Positions 50,901-60,040 of a stretch of 64,000 bases of DNA are shown piece by piece. The stretch's first letter is position 1. Every line of letters begins with the position of its first letter. The stretch is from NCBI GenBank assembly GCA_963798845.1, contig CAWCUS010000006.1, positions 288,001 to 352,000 on the forward strand, written 5' to 3'. Both the position numbers and the translations under genes were made by a program. The notes beneath the pieces were generated by a model, which was given only the letters and a program-made list of their open reading frames with translations, did not search any database and was not told the DNA's origin. The stretch comes from an uncultured Gemmatimonadales bacterium. Lineage in GTDB: Bacteria > Gemmatimonadota > Gemmatimonadetes > Longimicrobiales > RSA9.

Positions 50901-51323
50901 ATGGGCGAGCTGGATCGGCACGATGAGACGGGGGAGTTCGGGGCGGCGCCGTTCGGGGAAGCGGTGAACGGAGGGCAGCTCGCGCCGCACGAGGAACGGC
51001 TGCTACGGCTGCTGGCGGAATTCCGGCGCCGCCAGAGGCAGCGGCCCGACCTGGTCGTCCGCCCGTGGTGGACGCCGGTTCCGGAAGGCAGCGCGGCGCC
51101 TCGCCTGGGATTCGTGCTGGAGTACTGTCCGGACGGCGCGGCCAGCGTGGAGCTGACCGTACGCGGGAATCGGGTTACCGTGGAGGGCCCGTTCGGAGCC
51201 GCCAATGTGCCGCTGAGCCTGGCGACGGGGTGGGAGATTGACGGCGTCGATGCCGGCTCGCCGGAGACCATGGCCAACCACCTGATCCGGTGGGCCGACC
51301 AGGCGCTGGAAACGGTGGAGTGA
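50901..51323 (+). CDS. Hypothetical protein
   Basis: RBS GGAGG before ATG 50901; host codon usage. Confidence 0.65.
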   Translation: MGELDRHDETGEFGAAPFGEAVNGGQLAPHEERLLRLLAEFRRRQRQRPDLVVRPWWTPVPEGSAAPRLGFVLEYCPDGAASVELTVRGNRVTVEGPFGAANVPLSLATGWEIDGVDAGSPETMANHLIRWADQALETVE

Positions 51324-51380
51324 TCGGGGGGGGTCGGGGGCCGGAAGGCGGCCCCCGGACCGGCCGCCGGGGCAGGGTCG

Positions 51381-54300
51381 TCAGCCGTCCGTGATCGACT
51401 CCAGCTCCGCCTTAAGCTCGGTAAGCTCGCGGCGCAGCGCTCGGTACCGCCCGGCCGCCTCGTTCCCCGGGTCCTGCGCCGTGCCCGTGATGCTTCCGTA
51501 GAGGTACTGGATCTGCTCGACCAGCATCGGCTGCGGATAGGCAATGCCCTCGTGTTCCGTGAGGCGGGAGTGGATGCCGCGGAGGCGATCCAGCCGCCCG
51601 GACGACGACCGGGCTGCGGCGCCGCCGCTTTCACCGGCCCCTTCCGCCTTTTCGATCTCCCGGTCGACGGTCGCCAGCGTACGACGGGATTCGCTGAGAA
51701 GGTCCCGGACCTGGAGGGCGAGAGCCTCCTGGCGACGCAACGCCGCTGCGCTCACCCCTGCCGCGTCGGTCCGGGGGTCCATGACGACGGTCAGGGGCCG
51801 GGTGGCCGACCAGTCGCCGGTGCGGACGCGCACGGCGTACTCGCCAGGCGCCAGAGCAGGCCCGGACGCACCGCCCCAGCCGGCGCTCTCGGCCGTGGGA
51901 TCGCGCCAGGGCCCTGCGTGCTCTAGCGGGATAGTGGCCCGCGTGTGGCCGGCCTTCGACGGCACGGCGGGTCCGCCACGCGGCTGCGGGGCTTCGGTCT
52001 CTTCCTCTTCGCCGACCTGGCGCTGCCGGCTCGGCTGTGGCCAGCGATTGATGACCGCTCCCGCGCTGTCCAGCAGCTCGATGACGACCGGCTCTTTCGG
52101 CTGGTCCGAAAGCACCCAGTCGAGCACGGCCCCGGGCTCCCCGTATTGCGGCATCACCGCGTCGCGCTCGCCACGGCTCCGCCAGGTGGCGAGCACCGCC
52201 TCGGCCGGGTCGAAAAGGTAGCCGGGCGCGCGGGCGATGTCGGCGCGGAGGCCGCGCAGCGGAACCACGTCCCTCATCACCCAGAACCCACGTCCCATGG
52301 TGGAGATCGCGACGTCTCCGCCCTCGAGCGCGATGTCCGTCACCGGCACCGCGGGGAGGTTCAGCTCGAGAGGCTGCCAGTGGGCGCCATCGTCGAACGA
52401 CGCGAACACCCCGAAGTCGCTGCCCGCGTAGAGCAGTCCGGTCCGCACCGGGTCCTCGCGAACCACGCGCACCGGGTAGTCCGCCGGGATGCCATTGCTG
52501 CCGGAGGTCAGGAGCGTCCACGTCCTCCCGTAATCGCGGGTCCGATAAACCAGCGGACGCCAGTCGTCGAGCATGAACCGCACGACGGAGAAGATCGCGC
52601 TGGCGGCATCGCGCGTGGATGCATCGATCGACTGAACTCGCCCGCCGGACGCGAGCCCGGCCGGTGTCACATCCGTCCACGTCGTCCCGCCGTCACGCGT
52701 GACGTGGAAGCGCCCGTCGTAGGATCCGGTCCAGATCACCCCCGCCCGAACGGGGCTCTCCTCGATGGCGTACAGGGTCGAGTAGACCTCTTCGCCCGTG
52801 ATGTCCCTCGTGATCGGCTCCCCGGCGATCCCCTGGGTCCCTGGCGGCGTGGCCGTCAGGTCGGGACTGATCCGCTCCCACGTAATCCCGCCGTCCCGCG
52901 TCCGGTGCACGTACTGCGAGCCATGATAGACGGTGTTGGGATCGTGCGGACTGACTTCCACCGCGGTGACGCGCTGGAATCGGTAGGGGAGATCGCGCGG
53001 GGCGGTGCCGTACATGTTCACCGCGCCCACCGCGTGCTCCCGCGCCGCCCCCGTTCGCCAGTCCCAGACCATGAAGCGGCCCTTGCACGCCGCGTACACC
53101 ACGTCCCGGTCGCCGGGCTTCGGAACGGCCGGTCCGGTCTCGCAGGTCCCGCCCCCGAAGCTGGCCTCGTCGGGCCCCGCGGCGGTGGGGCGCGTGGGCA
53201 CGCCTACGATCTCGCGGTCCTGCTGCCCGCCCCAGACCCAGTACGGATAACGATCCTCGATCGCGATCTGGTAGATCTCGGCGGTCGGCTGGTTCAGCTG
53301 CGACGACCAGGTCCGCCCTCCGTCGCGGCTCACGTTTGCGCCGCCGTCGTTTCCCTGGACCATGAGCAACGGGTCGTCCGGGTCCATCCGAATGTCGTGA
53401 TTGTCCCCGTGCGGCGTGGTCATCCGTGCCCAGGTACGGCCCCCATCACTGGACCGGTAGAGACCCTCGTCGTTCACCCACACCACGTCGGGATCCGTAG
53501 GATCGACGTCCACGTTGGTGTAGTAGAACGGCCGGGCCAGCAGGCGCCCATCGGAGGAGACCTGCGTCCACGACGCGCCCCCGTCGTCGCTCCGGTACAG
53601 GCCGTCCTTCGGCTCCGGGGCCTCGATCAGGGCGTAGACGATGCGCGGGTCGGAGCGCGCCAGGGCCAGGTCGATCTTGCCGAACAGCTCTCCCTCCCCG
53701 GTCGGGAGGCCCCCGGCGAGCCGCGTCCAGCTGTCGCCGCCATCGGTCGACTTGTAGATCCCGCCTTCGCGCGCACCGCTGATGATCGTCCAGGGCTTGC
53801 GCTCCGCGCGCCAGCTGGCCGCGTACAGGACGTCCGGATCCGACGGATCGATCTCCACGTCCACGATCCCGGTGCTGTCGCTCACGAACAGCACCTTCTC
53901 CCAGTTCTCGCCGCCGTCCCGGGTCCTGTAAAGTCCGCGCTCCGGGTTGGCGCCGAACGGGTGACCGATGGCGGCCACGAACGCCACGTTCGCGTCCCGG
54001 GGGTCCACCTCCACCGCCCCCGCGTTTCCCACGTCGCGGAGCCCGAGGAAGCGCCAGCTCTTGCCGCCATCCGTAGAGCGGTACGCCCCCAGCCCCGTGA
54101 TGACGTTGCTGCGCAGCCCGTCGCTGCCCGTGGCGACCCAGATCACGTCAGGGTCCGAGGGCGCCACCCGCACCGCGCCGATCGAGGGCGTCTCCAGCCA
54201 GCCGTCGCTCAGGTTCTCCCAGCTGCGGCCGTAGTCCGTGGTGCGCCAGACCCCGCTCCCCGAACCGCCGAAGTAGTAGGTCCCGGGATGCCCGCGCACC

Positions 54301-54581
54301 CCGGTGACTGCCGTGACCCGACCTCCCCGCGCGGGTCCCACCCAATCCCACCCAAGGCCGGAGAAGAGCGCCGGGTCGTACACGACGTTCGCAGGATCCG
54401 GGGTCCTCCGCTCCGCCAGCGTCGTCGCCGGCAGCACGCCGGCTTCCCCGCGTGCCGCGAGCGGCGGCTGCTCGAGGGGCTCGCGAGCGGGAGCCGACGC
54501 ACATGCCCCGAGCCCGGCGAGGCTCAGGGCCGCGGCGATGGTGAGCGCGCTGCGGGACGAAGAGACCGTTGTCGTCGTCAT
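51381..54581 (-). CDS. Second secreted VPS10/BNR-repeat beta-propeller protein, probable lipoprotein
   Basis: LGAC lipobox, GPARGGRV, SxDGGxSW repeats, PHGDNHD, GNDGG. Confidence 0.9.
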   Translation of the reverse strand: MTTTTVSSSRSALTIAAALSLAGLGACASAPAREPLEQPPLAARGEAGVLPATTLAERRTPDPANVVYDPALFSGLGWDWVGPARGGRVTAVTGVRGHPGTYYFGGSGSGVWRTTDYGRSWENLSDGWLETPSIGAVRVAPSDPDVIWVATGSDGLRSNVITGLGAYRSTDGGKSWRFLGLRDVGNAGAVEVDPRDANVAFVAAIGHPFGANPERGLYRTRDGGENWEKVLFVSDSTGIVDVEIDPSDPDVLYAASWRAERKPWTIISGAREGGIYKSTDGGDSWTRLAGGLPTGEGELFGKIDLALARSDPRIVYALIEAPEPKDGLYRSDDGGASWTQVSSDGRLLARPFYYTNVDVDPTDPDVVWVNDEGLYRSSDGGRTWARMTTPHGDNHDIRMDPDDPLLMVQGNDGGANVSRDGGRTWSSQLNQPTAEIYQIAIEDRYPYWVWGGQQDREIVGVPTRPTAAGPDEASFGGGTCETGPAVPKPGDRDVVYAACKGRFMVWDWRTGAAREHAVGAVNMYGTAPRDLPYRFQRVTAVEVSPHDPNTVYHGSQYVHRTRDGGITWERISPDLTATPPGTQGIAGEPITRDITGEEVYSTLYAIEESPVRAGVIWTGSYDGRFHVTRDGGTTWTDVTPAGLASGGRVQSIDASTRDAASAIFSVVRFMLDDWRPLVYRTRDYGRTWTLLTSGSNGIPADYPVRVVREDPVRTGLLYAGSDFGVFASFDDGAHWQPLELNLPAVPVTDIALEGGDVAISTMGRGFWVMRDVVPLRGLRADIARAPGYLFDPAEAVLATWRSRGERDAVMPQYGEPGAVLDWVLSDQPKEPVVIELLDSAGAVINRWPQPSRQRQVGEEEETEAPQPRGGPAVPSKAGHTRATIPLEHAGPWRDPTAESAGWGGASGPALAPGEYAVRVRTGDWSATRPLTVVMDPRTDAAGVSAAALRRQEALALQVRDLLSESRRTLATVDREIEKAEGAGESGGAAARSSSGRLDRLRGIHSRLTEHEGIAYPQPMLVEQIQYLYGSITGTAQDPGNEAAGRYRALRRELTELKAELESITDG

Positions 54582-54681
54582 GATCGTGTGGAACGGGTCC
54601 GTGGCTGCGGGCAGGGGCGGTAAGATGGGCCGGCGGTGCGGGAGTGGCCAGGGGTCGCCTTCCGCCGCTAGCTTCCTCGCC

Positions 54682-55074
54682 ATGGTCTACCCCGACAGGA
54701 TTTACGGCGAGCGCGTTCGACGCTTCAGCCAGCGCATCGAGACCGTCCTCTACGACGCTTACCGTCGCATGGACGCGGACCGCGAGGAGCGCGGGATGGA
54801 GCCGCCTCGACCGGGCGAGGTTCAGCTCTTCTCGTGGCCGCAGGAGTGGCCGGACTGGTCGTGCGGCTTCGGTGGCGACGCTCGTCAGGAGCTGTGCATC
54901 GACCAGACGCACGTCGTCACCGACGACGGGGCCCGCGTCGCCTACGTGTACCACGCGGCCAGGTTCGTCCGGCGGCTCGAGAACCCGGGGCGCGCCTTCT
55001 GGGTGGCCGTCCGGCAGCACGAGCTTCCCGGTGCCACGGACGAGACCGCGTGGCGGCGGCTGGAGGAGGACTGA
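54682..55074 (+). CDS. Hypothetical protein
   Basis: MVYPDRIYGE...WPQEWPDWSCGFGG...; host codon usage. Confidence 0.65.
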   Translation: MVYPDRIYGERVRRFSQRIETVLYDAYRRMDADREERGMEPPRPGEVQLFSWPQEWPDWSCGFGGDARQELCIDQTHVVTDDGARVAYVYHAARFVRRLENPGRAFWVAVRQHELPGATDETAWRRLEED

Positions 55075-55080
55075 GGCCGG

Positions 55081-55836
55081 TTAGCTGTGGTGCCCGGCCC
55101 CTCGACCGAACCGGGGCAGGATCAGGCCCGTGCGTGCCCGCCAGGCCGGGTACTCGGGGTAGCGGCTCAGGCTGGCCTCGATCGAGAGCATGTTCGGGAA
55201 GAAATAGAGCGCCCACACCACCGCCAGGACCACCCAGGGCAGCCAGTGGTCCACGATCACCGCATAGCTCCCGTACACCAGCATCTCGCCCAGGTAGTTC
55301 GGGTGCCGGATCCGGCGGTAGAGCCCCGACGTGATCAGCCCCGGGCGTTCCGCGTCCCGCTCGCGGCCGCGCCGGAGCATCACGTGTTTCTCCGTGTCCG
55401 CCGCCACCATGAGCGCCACGCCAATGGTGTGCACCGCCACGGCCAGGGCGAGACCCCATGCCGGCGCAGGCGTCCAGCCCACACCTGGCGGGCCGGCGAT
55501 GAGGATCACCGGCGCGATCCAGTAGAGCGAGAGGAAGGCCAGGGCCGCCATCGCCGCGGGCACGCCCACGGACCTCTGCCACCGGCGGTCGGGCAGCGTC
55601 ACGTCCTTGAGCACCCAGACCATCCCGTACGAGCCGTGCAGCGCGAGGTACACCCACGCCGGCGCCGAGTAGTTGCCGTACATCACCATGAGCGCCAGGA
55701 CGAATGGCCCGGTAGCGGCCTTGTGGGCGTCGATCGCCACGTTCAGCGGGATCCTCCCGCCTGGCACCGGTCGCATCACGCGCTCCGCCCAGCGATGCAG
55801 TGCCGCCGCCCACCGCGGCATGGCGTCCACGTTCAC
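55081..55836 (-). CDS. Steroid-5-alpha-reductase/ICMT-like (DUF1295) membrane protein
   Basis: YLALHGSYG, ADTEK, LITSGLYRRIRHPNYLGEMLVY; GTG start after AAGGAG. Confidence 0.85.
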   Translation of the reverse strand: MNVDAMPRWAAALHRWAERVMRPVPGGRIPLNVAIDAHKAATGPFVLALMVMYGNYSAPAWVYLALHGSYGMVWVLKDVTLPDRRWQRSVGVPAAMAALAFLSLYWIAPVILIAGPPGVGWTPAPAWGLALAVAVHTIGVALMVAADTEKHVMLRRGRERDAERPGLITSGLYRRIRHPNYLGEMLVYGSYAVIVDHWLPWVVLAVVWALYFFPNMLSIEASLSRYPEYPAWRARTGLILPRFGRGAGHHS

Positions 55837-56053
55837 GCGGCGCTCCTTGTCTGGACGTATGGCGTCGGCTGCGACGTCGCGATCGCCCTCCCACGTTGTG
55901 CCCGGGGCATCTTCGCGTCCGGCCCGCCGTCCGCGGTGTGGCCTTCCGGTCCGGTCATCGTCGCTTACCCCGCTCCGGCGGACGCGGCGCAGACGCGCGC
56001 CCATCGACCGCGGGTTTCCCCGCCCGGTTCCGCAGGCGTCCGGCGGCCGCGGT

Positions 56054-56461
56054 TCAGGCGTCGCCGCCCGTCGGCGGGCCCCCGGGCGTGTCGGCGTCCG
56101 CGGCCGGGTCGGGTTCCGGAGCGGGGCTGGGGAGCGCAGCCGTGATCTCACTGCGGTTCTGCCGGGCGGCGCGCTCCTCCAGATCCCTGCGCAGGTCGGT
56201 GATCTTGGACTGGATCCGGTCCAGGACCGCGTCCAGCCGTGGCTGCGCGTCGGCCAGGAGGCGGCCGACCTTCGGCTTCACGTCGTCGACGGCACTCTCG
56301 ACGCGTGGTCGGAGCTCCGCCATGGCGGCATCGACCCGGGCGTCCAGCTGGTCGAAGGCACGCTTGAGCCGCGGCCTCGCTTCCTCGATGGCGGCTTCGA
56401 TCCTGGCCTCCAGGTCTGTCAGGGCGTCCTTCCTCGGTCCCTTCTCCTTCTGCTCGTCCAC
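56054..56461 (-). CDS. Hypothetical amphipathic helical-repeat protein
   Basis: 11-residue periodicity (EARPRLKRAFD / ELRPRVESAVD / DVKPKVGRLLA / DAQPRLDAVLD); RBS GGAGG. Confidence 0.7.
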   Translation of the reverse strand: MDEQKEKGPRKDALTDLEARIEAAIEEARPRLKRAFDQLDARVDAAMAELRPRVESAVDDVKPKVGRLLADAQPRLDAVLDRIQSKITDLRRDLEERAARQNRSEITAALPSPAPEPDPAADADTPGGPPTGGDA

Positions 56462-56610
56462 GGGTGCCTCCCTGGCGGTCTCGCTGGTGGATGTCTGCTC
56501 TGGCGTCTCGTGTCCCTACGGCCGGCCCTCCGCCCGGTTTCGCACCGCTGCCATGGCTCTTGCAGGGGCGCACTGCGACCGTCGCCCAGATCGCCATGCA
56601 CGCCAGGACT

Positions 56611-57108
56611 ATGGACCTGCTCACGATTTGCGAATCCGTCAAGGCCCGGGCCTCCGACATTGCCGCCGACATCATCGACCGCTGGGATGGCATCAGCGTT
56701 TCCGAGCCCTGGCTCGAGCTGCCGGAGCAGCTCAACCACGACCACCTTCCCGAGCTGGTCCTGCGCCTGGGGGCCGCTTCGCTCTGCACCGACTTCGACC
56801 GCGATCTCTGCCGTGAGGTCATGCACACCGCGGCGAAACACGGTGAACGGCGGCGCACAGAAGGATACGGCGAATCGCTCGTTCACCGTGAGTACCATCT
56901 CCTGCGGCGGACGCTGGCCGAGCGCATCAAGCGAGAGTACGGTGAGACGTCGACGGTCTTTCTCGCAATGATGCGGATGGACGCACTGACCACTCTGGCG
57001 ATCGCGGCGGCCCTCCACGGGTTCCATCGCAGCGACCTCGCCGAGCGCGGGGTCTGGCCCGACGTCATCGACAGACTGCTGGACGAGTGGCCCCTTCCGC
57101 GGGGTTGA
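56611..57108 (+). CDS. Standalone RsbRD-N-like (globin-like helical) protein
   Basis: IIDRW...DHLPELV...AAKHGERRRTEGY...REYHLLR pattern. Confidence 0.6.
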   Translation: MDLLTICESVKARASDIAADIIDRWDGISVSEPWLELPEQLNHDHLPELVLRLGAASLCTDFDRDLCREVMHTAAKHGERRRTEGYGESLVHREYHLLRRTLAERIKREYGETSTVFLAMMRMDALTTLAIAAALHGFHRSDLAERGVWPDVIDRLLDEWPLPRG

Positions 57109-57133
57109 GTACCGGGGGCGGCCGACCGCAGCG

Positions 57134-57688
57134 TCAGGGCAGCCTGTTCAGCGCAGACCGGTAGGTCTCCAGGTCCGCTTCCGAGAAGAGGACGAAGCGG
57201 ACTTCGTCGAATCGGCCTGGCCGCGCCTCCAGTGCGCTCGCCACGGTCGCCAGGGCGACGGCGGCCGCGTCGGCCACGGGATAGCCGTACACGCCCGTGC
57301 TCACCGACGGGAAGGCGATGGTCCTGCAGCCCGCCCCCTCCGCTTCCTCGAGCGAACGCCGGTACGCCGACGCGAGCAGCTCCGCCTCGCCGCGCTCTCC
57401 GCCACTCCACCGGGGTCCGACGGTGTGGACCACATGGGCCGCGGGCAGTGACCCGGCAGTGGTGACGACGGCCTCTCCGGTCGGCAGGCCGTCTGGATAG
57501 CGATCCTGGCGAAGCTGCCGGCACGCCTGCAGGATAGCGGGGCCTCCATGCCGGTGGATCGCGCCGTCCACACCGCCACCGCCCATGAGCGACGAGTTGG
57601 CCGCGTTGACCACCGCGTCCACGGCCTGGTCGGTGATGTCCCCCCGGACCAGCCGAAGCGTGCCCCCTCGGAAGACCCGGGAGATCAT
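57134..57688 (-). CDS. Macrodomain ADP-ribose (de)acylase/hydrolase (YmdB-like)
   Basis: GDIT, VNAANSSLMGGGGVDGAIH, VHTVGP, AFPSVSTGVYGYP. Confidence 0.93.
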   Translation of the reverse strand: MISRVFRGGTLRLVRGDITDQAVDAVVNAANSSLMGGGGVDGAIHRHGGPAILQACRQLRQDRYPDGLPTGEAVVTTAGSLPAAHVVHTVGPRWSGGERGEAELLASAYRRSLEEAEGAGCRTIAFPSVSTGVYGYPVADAAAVALATVASALEARPGRFDEVRFVLFSEADLETYRSALNRLP

Positions 57689-58371
57689 CTTCGCCTCCGA
57701 ATGCGGGTACGTGTCAGCGCCCTGGGCGTGCACCCCACCCGCTCCGCCACGGACCGCCACGCCGGACCGTGGCCGCGGTGGCCGTGCCGCAGCCACGCTT
57801 CCGCGTGCGCCATCTCGTGCAGCATGGTGTCCTCGAGCGCGGCGCGGTTGTGCGGGATGAGCAGGTCGGCGGACAACGCGATCTCCCGGACTCGCCGCCG
57901 GCCTCCCACGCTGTCGTAGGAGATCGTTCCCAGCGTACGGGTCATGCGCCCGCTCAGGCGGATTGGAATGACAGGAAGACTGCCGTCGAAGCGGGTCCGG
58001 TTGAACCGGTCGAAGAGCGCACGCACGGGCGCCGTGCACTCGGCGTCGCGACTCGGCCGCCGACGCGGCCGCGTCCGTCTCGCCACGCGCAGGCCCCGCT
58101 TCGCCCCTTCCCAGTTCCGGATCAGGTCCAGCGCCGCACGGTATTCCACCGACCGCCGCGGCGCAGACACGAACGTCGTGATGGCCCGGACCACATTGGG
58201 CGGGGCCTCGCGGAAGCAGGCGTGGGTGTTCAGCGTCCGGCCGTCGCGGGAAATGGACAGGAGCACGGCCCGGTTCTCCCGGTACCGCACCTCCTCTATC
58301 TTCGACCCGCGAGCCTTCAGCGCCCGGAGCACGGGGTCGCGTGAGGGTTCAGAGATCATGACGCTCAACAT
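57685..58371 (-). CDS. SprT-like zinc metalloprotease domain protein
   Basis: FDRFNRTRFDG, RMTRTLG, LHEMAH, GHGPAW; ATGA overlap with the macrodomain gene. Confidence 0.88.
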   Translation of the reverse strand: MLSVMISEPSRDPVLRALKARGSKIEEVRYRENRAVLLSISRDGRTLNTHACFREAPPNVVRAITTFVSAPRRSVEYRAALDLIRNWEGAKRGLRVARRTRPRRRPSRDAECTAPVRALFDRFNRTRFDGSLPVIPIRLSGRMTRTLGTISYDSVGGRRRVREIALSADLLIPHNRAALEDTMLHEMAHAEAWLRHGHRGHGPAWRSVAERVGCTPRALTRTRIRRRR

Positions 58372-58482
58372 AGCCGTGGACGAAGCAGCCGGGCCACCTG
58401 GTCGGACGCAGGTTGCCGGTGTTCCCCCGGCGGCTTACGCTCAAGCGCTTCAGCGCGCTGGCTCACAACGTGGAAGGATTTG

Positions 58483-59253
58483 ATGACGCCCTGGGTGCTC
58501 CGGCTCTTGATCGCCAACATCGCGGCGTTCCTGCTGGCTCCGCCCGGGTCTGTTCAGTACCACCTGCTCATGTTCATCCCCATGGCGGTGCTGCAGCGGC
58601 CCTGGTCGCCGCTCACCTACATGTTCCTCCACGCCAACGTCACACACATCCTCTTCAACATGCTCGGGCTCTACTTCTTCGGACCACGGCTCGAGCAGCG
58701 GATCGGCTCACGCGCTTTCATCTTCCTCTACCTGGTCTCCGGGCTTTCCGGCGCGGCGCTCTCCTACGTCTTCGCCTTCAACGCCGCCATCATCGGGGCG
58801 TCGGCCGCCGTTTTCGGCGTCCTTTACGGATTCGCTCACTATTGGCCCGAGGACCGGATCTACCTCTGGTTCGTCCTGCCCGTTCCCGCCCGGCTCCTCA
58901 TCCTTGGGCTCGTCGCCATCTCTCTCTTCAGCGGGTTCACGGGCAGCGGCGGCGGGATCGCGCACTTCGCCCACCTGGGCGGTTTCGCCGGCGGCTTCAT
59001 TTACCTGAAGCTGCGCGAGCGCCGATCGGGCGCGTTCCGTCGAGAAGCGACGCCGGGTGCCGAGCCGTCTGCCATTGAGCGACTGTCGGGGAAGGCGGCT
59101 CGAGACGAGAAGCGGTGGGAAACGATCGACACCTCGCGCCTGCACGAGATCAACCGTGTGGAGGTGGAGCGGATCCGCGAGAAGGTACGCGAGCACGGAG
59201 CCGGCAGCCTCACGCCCGACGAGCGCGCGTTCATGAACCGAATGGCGAGCTGA
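58483..59253 (+). CDS. Rhomboid intramembrane serine protease
   Basis: TYMFLH, HILFNM, GASA, AHFAHLGG. Confidence 0.93.
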   Translation: MTPWVLRLLIANIAAFLLAPPGSVQYHLLMFIPMAVLQRPWSPLTYMFLHANVTHILFNMLGLYFFGPRLEQRIGSRAFIFLYLVSGLSGAALSYVFAFNAAIIGASAAVFGVLYGFAHYWPEDRIYLWFVLPVPARLLILGLVAISLFSGFTGSGGGIAHFAHLGGFAGGFIYLKLRERRSGAFRREATPGAEPSAIERLSGKAARDEKRWETIDTSRLHEINRVEVERIREKVREHGAGSLTPDERAFMNRMAS

Positions 59254-59311
59254 CCTGACTCTGGCAGCCTGACCTGGGCGCGCCGCGCTGCGACACGGCC
59301 TGACTCCCGCC

Positions 59312-60040
59312 CTAGTCCACCCTGCCCATCCGGCGCCGTGCTCGTTCCAGGCGCTCCGGATCTCCCATCTCCATCCACAACGCGCTCCCGATGTCGAAGG
59401 GCAGGATCCGCTCGCCCCCGCCCGCCAGGCGCAGGTACGGCCGAATGATCGAGAACGCGCCGCGCTCTTCGACGAGGTCGAGGAAGGACGGAGACACGAC
59501 GTGGATCCCGGCGAACGCCCATTCGCGGCCATCGCCGCGGAGCGGACGCGCGGTGTCCTCCGTCCCCTCACCGCGATTCACGCGCGCCTGGAGACCGTCG
59601 TCGTCGAAGCGGAGGAGCCGGCTGGACGGTCGATCGCTCACGGCCAGCGTCGCCAGCGCTCCCGAATCCACGTGCGCAGCGTACAGCGCATCCAGCGGCG
59701 CCTCCGTCACGATGTCGACGTTGTGGAGGAAGAAGGGCGAGTCGCCCCGGAACAGCGAACGGGCGCGCACCACTCCGCCACCCGTTTCGAGCGGGGCCGG
59801 GGATTCTTCCGACAGCTGGACGTCCACGCCGAACCCGTCCCGCGCTTCGACGAAGTCCCGCACCTGGCTCGCGTGATGGTGCACGTTGATGATGAGCCGA
59901 TCTGCCCCGGCCGCGACCAGCCGACGAGCGATCCGCTCCAGCATCGGCACTCCGCCCACCGTGACCAGCGCTTTCGGGACCCGGTCCGTCAGGGGCCGCA
60001 GCCGCGTGCCGAGACCCGCAGCCAGGATCATCGCATCCAC
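59312..60040 (-). CDS. Sugar-phosphate nucleotidyltransferase (MurU-like)
   Basis: MILAAGLGTRLRPLTDRVPKALV, LETGGG, HNVD. Confidence 0.9.
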   Translation of the reverse strand: MDAMILAAGLGTRLRPLTDRVPKALVTVGGVPMLERIARRLVAAGADRLIINVHHHASQVRDFVEARDGFGVDVQLSEESPAPLETGGGVVRARSLFRGDSPFFLHNVDIVTEAPLDALYAAHVDSGALATLAVSDRPSSRLLRFDDDGLQARVNRGEGTEDTARPLRGDGREWAFAGIHVVSPSFLDLVEERGAFSIIRPYLRLAGGGERILPFDIGSALWMEMGDPERLERARRRMGRVD

